A DNA stretch of 64,000 bases, taken from contig OZ024749.1 of the NCBI GenBank assembly GCA_964016885.1, forward strand, positions 19,716,001 through 19,780,000, in the 5' to 3' direction. Source of the stretch: Eledone cirrhosa (Eukaryota). The notes below the pieces were generated by a model, which did not search any database, had not been told where the DNA came from, and saw only the letters and a list, made by a program, of their open reading frames with translations. Of this stretch, positions 36,001 through 49,957 are shown in pieces. Within the stretch, counting starts at the first letter, position 1; every line of letters begins with the position of its first letter. A program made the position numbers and the translations under genes.

Positions 36001-39000
36001 TGACTGTATTTACACTATCTATACACTGTTAATGACTGTATTTACACTATCTATACACTGTTAATGACTGTATTTACACTATCTATACACTGTTAATGAC
36101 TGTATTTACACTATCTATACACTGTTAATGACTGTATTTACACTATCTATACACCGTTAATGACTGTATTTACACTATCTATACACTGTTAATGACTGTA
36201 TTAACATTATCTATACACTGTTAATGACTGTATTTACACTATCTATACACCGTTAATGACTGTATTTACACTATCTATACACCGTTAATGACTGTATTTA
36301 CACTATCTATACACCGTTAATGACTGTATTTACACTATCTATACACTGTTAATGACTGTATTTACACTATCTATACACTGTTAATGACTGTATTTACACT
36401 ATCTATACATTGTTAATGACTGTATTTACACTATCTATACACCATTAATGACTGTATTTACACTATCTATACACTGTTAATTACTGTATTTACACTATTT
36501 ATACACTGTTAATGACTGTATTTACACTATCTATACACTGTTAATGACTGTATTTACACTATCTATACACTGTTAATGACTGTATTTACACTATCTATAC
36601 ACTGTTAATGACTGTATTTACACTATCTATACACTGTTAATGACTGTATTTACACTATCTATACACCGTTAATGACTGTATTTACACTATCTATACACTG
36701 TTAATGACTGTATTAACATTATCTATACACTGTTAATGACTGTATTTACACTATCTATACACCGTTAATGACTGTATTTACACTATCTATACACCGTTAA
36801 TGACTGTATTTACACTATCTATACACTGTTAATGACTGTATTTACACTATCTATACACCGTTAATGACTGTATTTACACTATCTATACACTGTTCATGAC
36901 TGTCTTAACATTATCTATACACTGTTAATGACTGTATTTACACTATCTAGACACTGTTAATGACTGTATTTACACTATCTATACACTGTTAATGACTGTA
37001 TATACACTATCTATACACCGTTAATGACTGTATTTACACTATCTATACACTGTTAATGACTGTATTTACACTATCTATACACCGTTAATGACTGTATTTA
37101 CACTATCTATACACTGTTAATGACTGTATTTACACAATCTATACACCGTTAATGACTGTAATTACACTATCTATACATTCTTAATGACTGTATTTACACT
37201 ATCTATACACTGTTAATGACTGTATTTACACTATCTATACACCGTTAATGACTGTATTTACACTATCTATACACTGTTCATGACTGTCTTAACATTATCT
37301 ATACACTGTTAATGACTGTATTTACACTATCTATACACTGTTAATGACTGTATTTACACTATCTATACACTGTTAATGACTGTATATACACTATCTATAC
37401 ACCGTTAATGACTGTATTTACACTATCTATACACTGTTAATGACTGTATTTACACTATCTATACACCGTTAATGACTGTATTTACACTATCTATACACTG
37501 TTAATGACTGTATTTACACAATCTATACACCGTTAATGACTGTAATTACACTATCTATACATTCTTAATGACTGTATTTACACTATCTATACACTGTTAA
37601 TGACTGTATTTACACTATCTATACACCGTTAATGACTGTATTTACACTATCTATACACCGTTAATGACTGTATTTACACTATCTATACACCGTTAATGAC
37701 TGTATTTACACTATCTATACACCGTTAATGACTGTATTTACACTATCTATACACCGTTAATGACTGTATTTACACTATCTATACACCGTTAATGACTGTA
37801 TTTACACTATCTATACACTGTTAATGACTGTATTTACACAATCTATACACCGTTAATGACTGTAATTACACTATCTATACATTCTTAATGACTGTATTTA
37901 CACTATCTATACACTGTTAATGACTGTATTTACACTATCTATACACTGTTCATGACTGTCTTAACATTATCTATACACTGTTAATGACTGTATTTACACT
38001 ATCTATACACTGTTAATGACTGTATTTACACTATCTATACACTGTTAATGACTGTATTTACACTATCTATACACTGTTAATGACTGTATTTACACTATCT
38101 ATACACCGTTAATGACTGTATTTACACTATATATACACCGTTAATGACTGTATTTACACTATCTATACACCGTTAATGACTGTATTTACACTATCTATAC
38201 ACTGTTAATGACTGTACTTACACTATCTAAACACCGTTAATGACTGTATTTACAGTATCTATACACTGTTAATGACTGTATTTACACTATCTATACACCG
38301 TTAATGACTGTATTTACACTATCTATACACTGTTAATGACTGTATTTACACTATCTATACACCGTTAATGACTGTATTTACACTATCTATACACTGTTAA
38401 TGACTGTATTTACACTATCTATACACTGTTAATGACTGTATTTACACTATCTATACACCGTTAATGACTGTATTTACACTATCTATACACCGTTAATGAC
38501 TGTATTTACACTATCTATACACCGTTAATGACTGTATTTACACTATCTATACACCGTTAATGACTGTATTTACACTATCTATACACCGTTAATGACTGTA
38601 TTTACACTATCTATACACCGTTAATGACTGTATTTACACTATCTATAAACCGTTAATGACTGTATTTACACTATCTATACATTGTTAATGACTGTATTTA
38701 CACTATCTATACACTGTTAATGACTATATTTACACTATCTATACACTGTTAATAACTGTATTTACACTATCTATACACTGTTAATGACTGTATTTACACT
38801 ATCTATACATTGTTAATGACTGTATTTACACTATCTATACACTGTTAATGACTGTATTTACACTATCTATACACTGTTAATGACTGTATTTACACTATCT
38901 ATACACTGTTAATGACTGTATTTACACTATCTATACACTGTTAATGACTGTATTTACACTATCTATACACTGTTAATGACTGTATTTACACTATCTATAC

Positions 39001-42000
39001 ACCGTTAATGACTGTATTTACACTATCTATACACTGTTAATGACTGTATTAACATTATCTATACACTGTTAATGACTGTATTTACACTATCTATACACCG
39101 TTAATGACTGTATTTACACTATCTATACACCGTTAATGACTGTATTTACACTATCTATACACCGTTAATGACTGTATTTACACTATCTATACACTGTTAA
39201 TGACTGTATTAACATTATCTATACACTGTTAATGACTGTATTTACACTATCTATACACCGTTAATGACTGTATTTACACTATCTATACACCGTTAATGAC
39301 TGTATTTACACTATCTATACACCGTTTATGACTATTTACACTATCTATACACTGTTAATGACTGTATTTACACTATCTATACACCGTTAATGACTGTATT
39401 TACACTATCTATACACTGTTAATGACTGTCTTAACATTATCTATACACAGTTAATGACTGTATTTACACTATCTATACATTGTTAATGACTGTATTTACA
39501 CTATCTATACACTGTTAATGACTGTATTTACACTATCTATACACTGTTAATGACTGTACTTACACTATCTATACACTGTTAATGACTGTATTTACACTAT
39601 CTATACACTGTTAATGACTGTATTTACACTATCTATACACTGTTAATGACTGTATATACACTATCTATACACCGTTAATGACTGTATTTACACTATCTAT
39701 ACACCGTTAATGACTGTATTTACACTATCTATACACTGTTAATGACTATTTACACTATCTATACACCGTTAATGACTGTATTTACACTATCTATACACTG
39801 TTAATGACTGTATTTACACTATCTATACACTGTTAATGACTGTATTTACACTATCTATACACCGTTAATGACTATTTACACTATCTATACACCGTTAATG
39901 ACTGTATTTACACTATCTATACACCGTTAATGACTGCATTTACACTATCTATACACCGTTAATGACTGTATTTACACTATCTATACACCTTTAATGACTG
40001 TATTTACACTATCTATACACCGTTAATGACTGTATTTACACTATCTATAAACCGTTAATGACTGTATTTACACTATCTATACATTGTTAATGACTGTATT
40101 TACACTATCTATACACTGTTAATGACTATATTTACACTATCTATACACTGTTAATAACTGTATTTACACTATCTATACACTGTTAATGACTGTATTTACA
40201 CTATCTATACATTGTTAATGACTGTATTTACACTATCTATACACTGTTAATGACTGTATTTACACTATCTATACACTGTTAATGACTGTATTTACACTAT
40301 CTATACACTATTAATGACTGTATTTACACTATCTATACACTTTTAATGACTGTATTTACACTATCTATACACTGTTAATGACTGTATTTACACTATCTAT
40401 ACACCGTTAATGACTGTATTTACACTATCTATACACTGTTAATGACTGTATTAACATTATCTATACACTGTTAATGACTGTATTTACACTATCTATACAC
40501 CGTTAATGACTGTATTTACACTATCTATACACCGTTAATGACTGTATTTACACTATCTATACACCGTTAATGACTGTATTTACACTATCTATACACTGTT
40601 AATGACTGTATTTACACTATCTATACACTGTTAATGACTGTATTTACACTATCTATACATTGTTAATGACTGTATTTACACTATCTATACACCATTAATG
40701 ACTGTATTTACACTATCTATACACTGTTAATGACTGTATTTACACTATTTATACACTGTTAATGACTGTATTTACACTATCTATACACTGTTAATGACTG
40801 TATTTACACTATCTATACACTGTTAATGACTGTATTTACACTATCTATACACCGTTAATGACTGTATTTACACTATCTATACACTGTTAATGACTGTATT
40901 AACATTATCTATACACTGTTAATGACTGTATTTACACTATCTATACACCGTTAATGACTGTATTTACACTATCTATACACCGTTAATGACTGTATTTACA
41001 CTATCTATACACTGTTAATGACTGTATTTACACTATCTATACACCGTTAATGACTGTATTTACACTATCTATACACTGTTCATGACTGTCTTAACATTAT
41101 CTATACACTGTTAATGACTGTATTTACACTATCTAGACATTGTTAATGACTGTATTTACACTATCTATACACTGTTAATGACTGTACTTACACTATCTAT
41201 ACACTGTTAATGACTGTATTTACACTATCTATACATTGTTAATGACTGTATTTACACTATCTATACACTGTTAATGACTGTATATACACTATCTATACAC
41301 CGTTAATGACTGTATTTACACTATCTATACACTGTTAATGACTGTATTTACACTATCTATACACCGTTAATGACTGTATTTACACTATCTATACACTGTT
41401 AATGACTGTATTTACACTATCTATACACCGTTAATGACTGTATTTACACTATCTATACACCGTTAATGACTGTATTTACACTATCTATACACCGTTAATG
41501 ACTGTATTTACACTATCTATACACCGTTAATGACTGTATTTACACTATCTATACACCGTTAATGACTGTATTTACACTATCTATAAACCGTTAATGACTG
41601 TATTTACACTATCTATACATTGTTAATGACTGTATTTACACTATCTATACACTGTTAATGACTATATTTACACTATCTATACACTGTTAATAACTGTATT
41701 TACACTATCTATACACTGTTAATGACTGTATTTACACTATCTATAAACCGTTAATGACTGTATTTACACTATCTATACATTGTTAATGACTGTATTTACA
41801 CTATCTATACACTGTTAATGACTGTATTTACACTATCTATACACTGTTAATGACTGTATTTACACTATCTATACACCGTTAATGACTGTATTTACACTAT
41901 CTATACACTGTTAATGACTGTATTAACATTATACACTGTTAATGACTGTATTTACACTATCTATACACCGTTAATGACTGTATTTACACTATCTATACAC

Positions 42001-45000
42001 CGTTAATGACTGTATTTACACTATCTATACACTGTTAATGACTGTATTTACACTATCTATACACCGTTAATGACTGTATTTACACTATCTATACACTGTT
42101 CATGACTGTCTTAACATTATCTATACACTGTTAATGACTGTATTTACACTATCTAGACATTGTTAATGACTGTATTTACACTATCTATACACTGTTAATG
42201 ACTGTACTTACACTATCTATACACTGTTAATGACTGTATTTACACTATCTATACACTGTTAATGACTGTATTTACACTATCTATACACTGTTAATGACTG
42301 TATATACACTATCTATACACCGTTAATGACTGTATTTACACTATCTATACACTGTTAATGACTGTATTTACACTATCTATACACCGTTAATGACTATATT
42401 TACACTATCTATACACTGTTAATGACTGTATTTACACAATCTATACACCGTTAATGACTGTAATTACACTATCTATACATTCTTAATGACTGTATTTACA
42501 CTATCTATACACTGTTAATGACTGTATTTACACTATCTATACACCGTTAATGACTGTATTTACACTATCTATACACTGTTAATGACTGTATTTACACTAT
42601 CTATACACTGTTAATGACTGTATTTACACTATCTATACACTGTTAATGACTGTATTTACACTATCTATACACCGTTAATGACTGTATTTACACTATATAT
42701 ACACCGTTAATGACTGTATTTACACTATCTATACACCGTTAATGACTGTATTTACACTATCTATACACTGTTAATGACTGTACTTACACTATCTATACAC
42801 CGTTAATGACTGTATTTACAGTATCTATACACTGTTAATGACTGTATTTACACTATCTATACACTGTTAATGACTGTATTTACACTATCTATACACCGTT
42901 AATGACTGTATTTACACTATCTATACACCGTTAATGACTGTATTTACACTATCTATACACCGTTAATGACTGTATTTACACTATCTATACACCTTTAATG
43001 ACTGTATTTACACTATCTATACATTGTTAATGACTGTATTTACACTATCTACACACTGTTAATGACTATATTTACACTATCTATACACTGTTAATAACTG
43101 TATTTACACTATCTATACACTGTTAATGACTGTATTTACACTATCTATACACTGTTAATGACTGTATTTACACTATCTATACATTGTTAATGACTGTATT
43201 TACACTATCTATACACTGTTAATGACTGTATTTACACTATCTATACACTGTTAATGACTGTATTTACACTATCTATACACTGTTAATGACTGTATTTACA
43301 CCATCTATACACTGTTAATGACTGTATTTACAGTATCTATACACTATTAATGACTGTATTTACACTATCTATACATTGTTAATGACTGTATTTACACTAT
43401 CTATACACTGTTAATGACTGTATTTACACTATCTATACATTGTTAATGACTGTATTTACACTATCTATACACTGTTAATGACTATATTTACACTATCTAT
43501 ACACTGTTAATGACTGTATTTACACTATCTATACACTGTTAATGACTGTATTTACACTATCTATACACTGTTAATGACTGTATTTACACTATCTATACAC
43601 TGTTAATAACTGTATTTACACTATCTATACACTGTTAATGACTGTATTTACACTATCTATACACTGTTAATGACTGTATTTACACTATCTATACACTGTT
43701 AATAACTGTATTTACATTATCTATACACTGTTAATAACTGTATTTACACTATCTATACATTGTTAATGACTGTATTTACACTATCTATACACTGTTAATG
43801 ACTGTATTTACACTATCTATACACTGTTAATGACTGTATTTACACTATCTATACACTGTTAATGACTGTATTTACACTATCTATACATTGTTAATGACTG
43901 TATTTACACTATCTATACACTGTTAATAACTGTATTTACATTATCTATACACTGTTAATGACTGTATTTACACTATCTATACACTGTTAATGACTGTATT
44001 TACACTATCTATACATTGTTAATGACTGTATTTACACTATCTATACACTGTTAATAACTGTATTTACACTATCTATACACTGTTAATGACTGTATTTACA
44101 CTATCTATACACTGTTAATGACTGTATTTACACTATCTATACATTGTTAATGACTGTATTTACACTATCTATACACTGTTAATAACTGTATTTACATTAT
44201 CTATACACTGTTAATGACTGTATTTACACTATCTATACAGTGTTAATGACTGTATTTACACTATCTATACATTGTTAATGACTGTATTTACACTATCTAT
44301 ACACTGTTAATAACTGTATTTACATTATCTATACACTGTTAATGACTGTATTTACACTATCTATACACTGTTAATGACTGTATTTACACTATCTATACAT
44401 TGTTAATGACTGTATTTACACTATCTATACCCTGTTAATAACTGTATTTACACTATCTATACACTGTTAATGACTGTATTTACACTATCTATCGACTGTT
44501 AATGACTGTATTTACACTATCTATACACTGCTAATGACTGTATTTACACTATCTATACACTGTTAATGACTGTATTTACACTATCTATACACTGTTAATG
44601 ACTGTATTTACACTATCTATACACTGTTAATGACTGTATTTACACTATCTATACATTGTTAATAACTGTATTTACACTATCTATACACTGTTAGTAACTG
44701 TATTGACACTATCTATACACTGTTAATGACTATATTTACACTATCTATACACTGTTAATAACTGTATTTACACTATCTATACACTGTTAATAACTGTATT
44801 TTCACTATCTATACACTGTTAATGACTGTATTTACACTATCTATACACTATTAATAACTGTATTTACACTATCTATACACTGTTAATGACTGTATTTACA
44901 CCATCTATACATTGTTAATGACTGTATTTACACTATCTATACACTGTTAATAACTGTATTTACATTATCTATACACTGTTAATGACTGTATTTACACTAT

Positions 45001-48000
45001 CTATACACTGTTAATGACTGTATTTACACTATCTATACACTGTTAATGACTGTATTTACACTATCTATACACTGTTAATGACTGTATTTACACTATCTAT
45101 ACACTGTTAATAACTGTATTTACATTATCTATACACTGTTAATGACTATTTACACTATCTATACACTGTTAATGACTGTATTTACACTATCTATACACTG
45201 TTAATGACTGTATTTACACTATCTATACACCGTTAATGACTGTATTTACACTATCTATACACCGTTAATGACTGTATTTACACTATCTATACACTATTAA
45301 TGACTGTATTTACACTATCTATACACCGTTAATGACTGTATTTACACTATCTATACACCGTTAATGACTGTATTTACACTATCTATACACCGTTAATGAC
45401 TGTATTTACACTATCTATACACCTTTAATGACTGTATTTACACTATCTATACATTGTTAATGACTGTATTTACACTATCTACACACTGTTAATGACTATA
45501 TTTACACTATCTATACACTGTTAATAACTGTATTTACACTATCTATACACTGTTAATGACTGTATTTACACTATCTATACACTGTTAATGACTGTATTTA
45601 CACTATCTATACATTGTTAATGACTGTATTTACACTATCTATACACTGTTAATGACTGTATTTACACTATCTATACACTGTTAATGACTGTATTTACACT
45701 ATCTATACACTGTTAATGACTGTATTTACACCATCTATACACTGTTAATGACTGTATTTACAGTATCTATACACTATTAATGACTGTATTTACACTATCT
45801 ATACATTGTTAATGACTGTATTTACACTATCTATACACTGTTAATGACTGTATTTACACTATCTATACATTGTTAATGACTGTATTTACACTATCTATAC
45901 ACTGTTAATGACTATATTTACACTATCTATACACTGTTAATGACTGTATTTACAGTATCTATACACTGTTAATGACTGTATTTACACTATCTATACACTG
46001 TTAATGACTGTATTTACACTATCTATACACTGTTAATAACTGTATTTACACTATCTATACACTGTTAATGACTGTATTTACACTATCTATACACTGTTAA
46101 TGACTGTATTTACACTATCTATACACTGTTAATAACTGTATTTACATTATCTATACACTGTTAATAACTGTATTTACACTATCTATACAATGTTAATGAC
46201 TGTATTTACACTATCTATACACTGTTAATGACTGTATTTACACTATCTATACACTGTTAATGACTGTATTTACACTATCTATACACTGTTAATGACTGTA
46301 TTTACACTATCTATACATTGTTAATGACTGTATTTACACTATCTATACACTGTTAATAACTGTATTTACATTATCTATACACTGTTAATGACTGTATTTA
46401 CACTATCTATACACTGTTAATGACTGTATTTACACTATCTATACATTGTTAATGACTGTATTTACACTATCTATACACTGTTAATAACTGTATTTACACT
46501 ATCTATACACTGTTAATGACTGTATTTACACTATCTATACACTGTTAATGACTGTATTTACACTATCTATACATTGTTAATGACTGTATTTACACTATCT
46601 ATACACTGTTAATAACTGTATTTACATTATCTATACACTGTTAATGACTGTATTTACACTATCTATACAGTGTTAATGACTGTATTTACACTATCTATAC
46701 ATTGTTAATGACTGTATTTACACTATCTATACACTGTTAATAACTGTATTTACATTATCTATACACTGTTAATGACTGTATTTACACTATCTATACACTG
46801 TTAATGACTGTATTTACACTATCTATACATTGTTAATGACTGTATTTACACTATCTATACCCTGTTAATAACTGTATTTACACTATCTATACACTGTTAA
46901 TGACTGTATTTACACTATCTATCGACTGTTAATGACTGTATTTACACTATCTATACACTGCTAATGACTGTATTTACACTATCTATACACTGTTAATGAC
47001 TGTATTTACACTATCTATACACTGTTAATAACTGTATTTACATTATCTATACACTGTTAATGACTGTATTTACACTATCTATACACTGTTAATGACTGTA
47101 TTTACACTATCTATACATTGTTAATAACTGTATTTACACTATCTATACACTGTTAGTAACTGTATTGACACTATCTATACACTGTTAATGACTATATTTA
47201 CACTATCTATACACTGTTAATAACTGTATTTACACTATCTATACACTGTTAATAACTGTATTTTCACTATCTATACACTGTTAATGACTGTATTTACACT
47301 ATCTATACACTATTAATAACTGTATTTACACTATCTATACACTGTTAATGACTGTATTTACACCATCTATACATTGTTAATGACTGTATTTACACTATCT
47401 ATACACTGTTAATAACTGTATTTACATTATCTATACACTGTTAATGACTGTATTTACACTATCTATACACTGTTAATGACTGTATTTACACTATCTATAC
47501 ACTGTTAATGACTGTATTTACACTATCTATACACTGTTAATGACTGTATTTACACTATCTATACACTGTTAATAACTGTATTTACATTATCTATACACTG
47601 TTAATGACTATTTACACTATCTATACACTGTTAATGACTGTATTTACACTATCTATACACTGTTAATGACTGTATTTACACTATCTATACACTGTTAATA
47701 ACTGTATTTACATTATCTATACACTGTTAATAACTGTATTTACACTATCTATACATTATTAATGACTGTATTTACACTATCTATACACTGTTAATGACTG
47801 TATTTACACTATCTATACACTGTTAATGACTGTATTTACACTATCTATACACTGTTAATGACTGTATTTACACTATCTATACACTGTTAATGACTGTATT
47901 TACACTATCTATACACTGTTAATGACTGTATTTACACTATCTATACTCTGTTAATGACTGTATTTACACTATCTAAACACTGTTAATGACTGTATTTACC

Positions 48001-48624
48001 CTATCTATACACTGTTAATGACTGTATTTACACTATCTATACACTGTTAATGACTGTATTTACACTATCTATACATTGTTAATGACTGTATTTACACTAT
48101 CTATACACTGTTAATGACTGTATTTACACTATCTATACACTGTTAATGACTGTATTAACATTATCTATACACTGTTAATGACTGTATTTACACTATCTAT
48201 ACACTGTTAATGACTGTATATACACTATCTATACATTGTTAATGACTGTATTTACACTATCTATACACTGTTAATGACTGTATTTACACTATCTATACAC
48301 TGTTAATGACTGTATTTACACTATCTATACACTGTTAATGACTGTATTTACACTATCTATACATTGTTAATGACTGTATTTACACTATCTATACATTGTT
48401 AATGACTGTATTTACACTATCTATACACTGTTAATGACTGTATTTACACTATCTATACACTGTTAATGACTGTATTTACACTATCTATACACTGTTAATG
48501 ACTGTATTAACACTATCTATACATTGTTAATGACTGTATTTACACTATCTATACACGGTTAATGACTGTATTTACACTATCTATACACTGTTAATGACTG
48601 TATTTACACTATCTATACACTGTT
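1..48624. repeat. 32-bp satellite array, consensus TATCTATACACTGTTAATGACTGTATTTACAC, ~1,500 copies, truncated by the window start
   Basis: Monomer read directly and repeated head-to-tail with mostly 0-2 substitutions per copy. No unique spacer or insertion seen. About 28% GC; TAA/TGA in a non-triplet unit closes every frame. Confidence 0.99.
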
Positions 48625-48741
48625 TATACACTGTTAACGACTATATTTACACTGTTAATGACTATATTTACACCGTCTTCACACTGTCAATGACTATATT
48701 TATGCTATCCTCACACTATTAATGGCAATATTAACACTTAA

Positions 48742-48951
48742 CCCTTTAGCATTCACATTACTCTATATATCCTATTATATTTTCATGGTAAAGACTTTCC
48801 CTCGCATAATTATCTCACATAATATCGAATCTATGAGATTTTGAAAGTATTTATTTTGAGAACAATACCTTGACATCAGTATGAGTGGCCAGTTACAGCC
48901 AATTTCAACAGAAAGAGGTAGAGAATTTTGGCCGGTTTGAACATTAAAGAG
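48742..48951 (+). mobile_element. piggyBac-type non-autonomous MITE, copy 1 (~210 bp)
   Basis: ttaa|CCCTTTAGCATT...ACATTAAAGAG|ttaa. TTAA flanks and CCC/GGG-type termini; internal sequence shared with five other copies in the window. Confidence 0.8.
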
Positions 48952-49317
48952 TTAATGAATATATTTGCACTGTATACACACTGTTAATGACTATATGAAC
49001 ACTGTCTATACACTGTTAATTAATATATTTACACTGCCTATACACTGTTAATTAATATATTTACACTGTCTATACACTGTTAATTAATATATTTACACTG
49101 TTAATTAATACTTTAACGCTGTCTACACACTGTTAATACTTCAACACTGTATATTGTTAATGATTACTTTAACACTGTCTACACAGTATTAATGACTATA
49201 TTTACACTGTCTACATGCTGTTTATATATTAACACACACACACAATGTTTATGTATTAATACTGTCTACACACTATATTTATATATTAACACTCCCTACC
49301 CACTGTTAATACTTCAA

Positions 49318-49533
49318 CCTTTAGCATTTAAACCGGCCATATCAGGCCAGAATTCTCCCACCTCTTTTTGTTCGAACCAGCTGTAACTGGCTACTCATAC
49401 TGATGGTAAGGTATTGTTCTCAAAATAAATATCGAAATCTCATAGACTCGATATTATGGGAGATAATTATGTAAGTAATTTTACCACAAAAATACATTAG
49501 TATATATAAAGAGTAATGTAAATGCTAATGTTG
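49318..49533 (-). mobile_element. Same MITE family, copy 2, inverted orientation
   Basis: Starts CCTTTAGCATTTAAACCGGCC (reverse complement of the family right end); internal GTATTGTTCTCAAAATAAAT and TCTCATAGA are reverse complements of copy 1 motifs. Confidence 0.8.
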
Positions 49534-49830
49534 TTAACACTATCTATGCACTGTTAATCAATACATTAACACTGTCTATACACTATTAATCAATACATTA
49601 ACACTGTCTATACACTGTTAATCAATACATTAACACTGTCTATACACTGTCAATCAATACTTTAACACTGTCTACGCACTGTTAGCCAATACATTAACAC
49701 TGTCTATACACTGTTAATCAATACTTCAACACTGTCGGTACACTGTTAACCAACACATTAACACTGTCTGTACACTGTTAATCAATACTTTAACACTGTC
49801 TATACACTTTTAATTCAATTCTCCCTACAG

Positions 49831-49957
49831 ACCGTCTTTTACTTCAATGTTCAACGGAAATACTTCGAGAAATCTTTGGATATATTTGCTCAGTTCTTCA
49901 TTTCTCCACTGATGAGAGAGGACAGCGTTAACAGGGAGATAAAAGCTGTGGACAGTG
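49831..49957 (+). CDS. NRDC: Nardilysin-like exon A (127 nt), TVFYFNVQRK...REIKAVDS
   Basis: Acceptor ttctccctacag|ACC; donor AGTG|gtgagt; phase 0 to 1. Confidence 0.93.

Larger units (their letters stand above)
48625..49813. repeat. Degenerate edge of the 32-bp satellite (divergent subfamilies), interrupted by two MITEs
   Basis: Units such as TGTCTATACACTGTTAATTAATATATTTACAC (~49.0-49.1 kb) and TGTCTATACACTGTTAATCAATACATTAACAC (~49.54-49.81 kb) align ungapped to the main monomer (6 differences for the latter). Confidence 0.9.

Noticed and set aside
1-48624. CRISPR array (32-bp repeat with a dyad)
   Set aside because: Repeats are contiguous with no unique spacers, there are no cas genes, and the context is a spliceosomal-intron gene.
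1-48624. Centromeric or telomeric identity of the satellite
   Set aside because: Cannot be shown from sequence: no telomeric motif, and the array grades into a local intronic minisatellite. CENP-A data would be needed.
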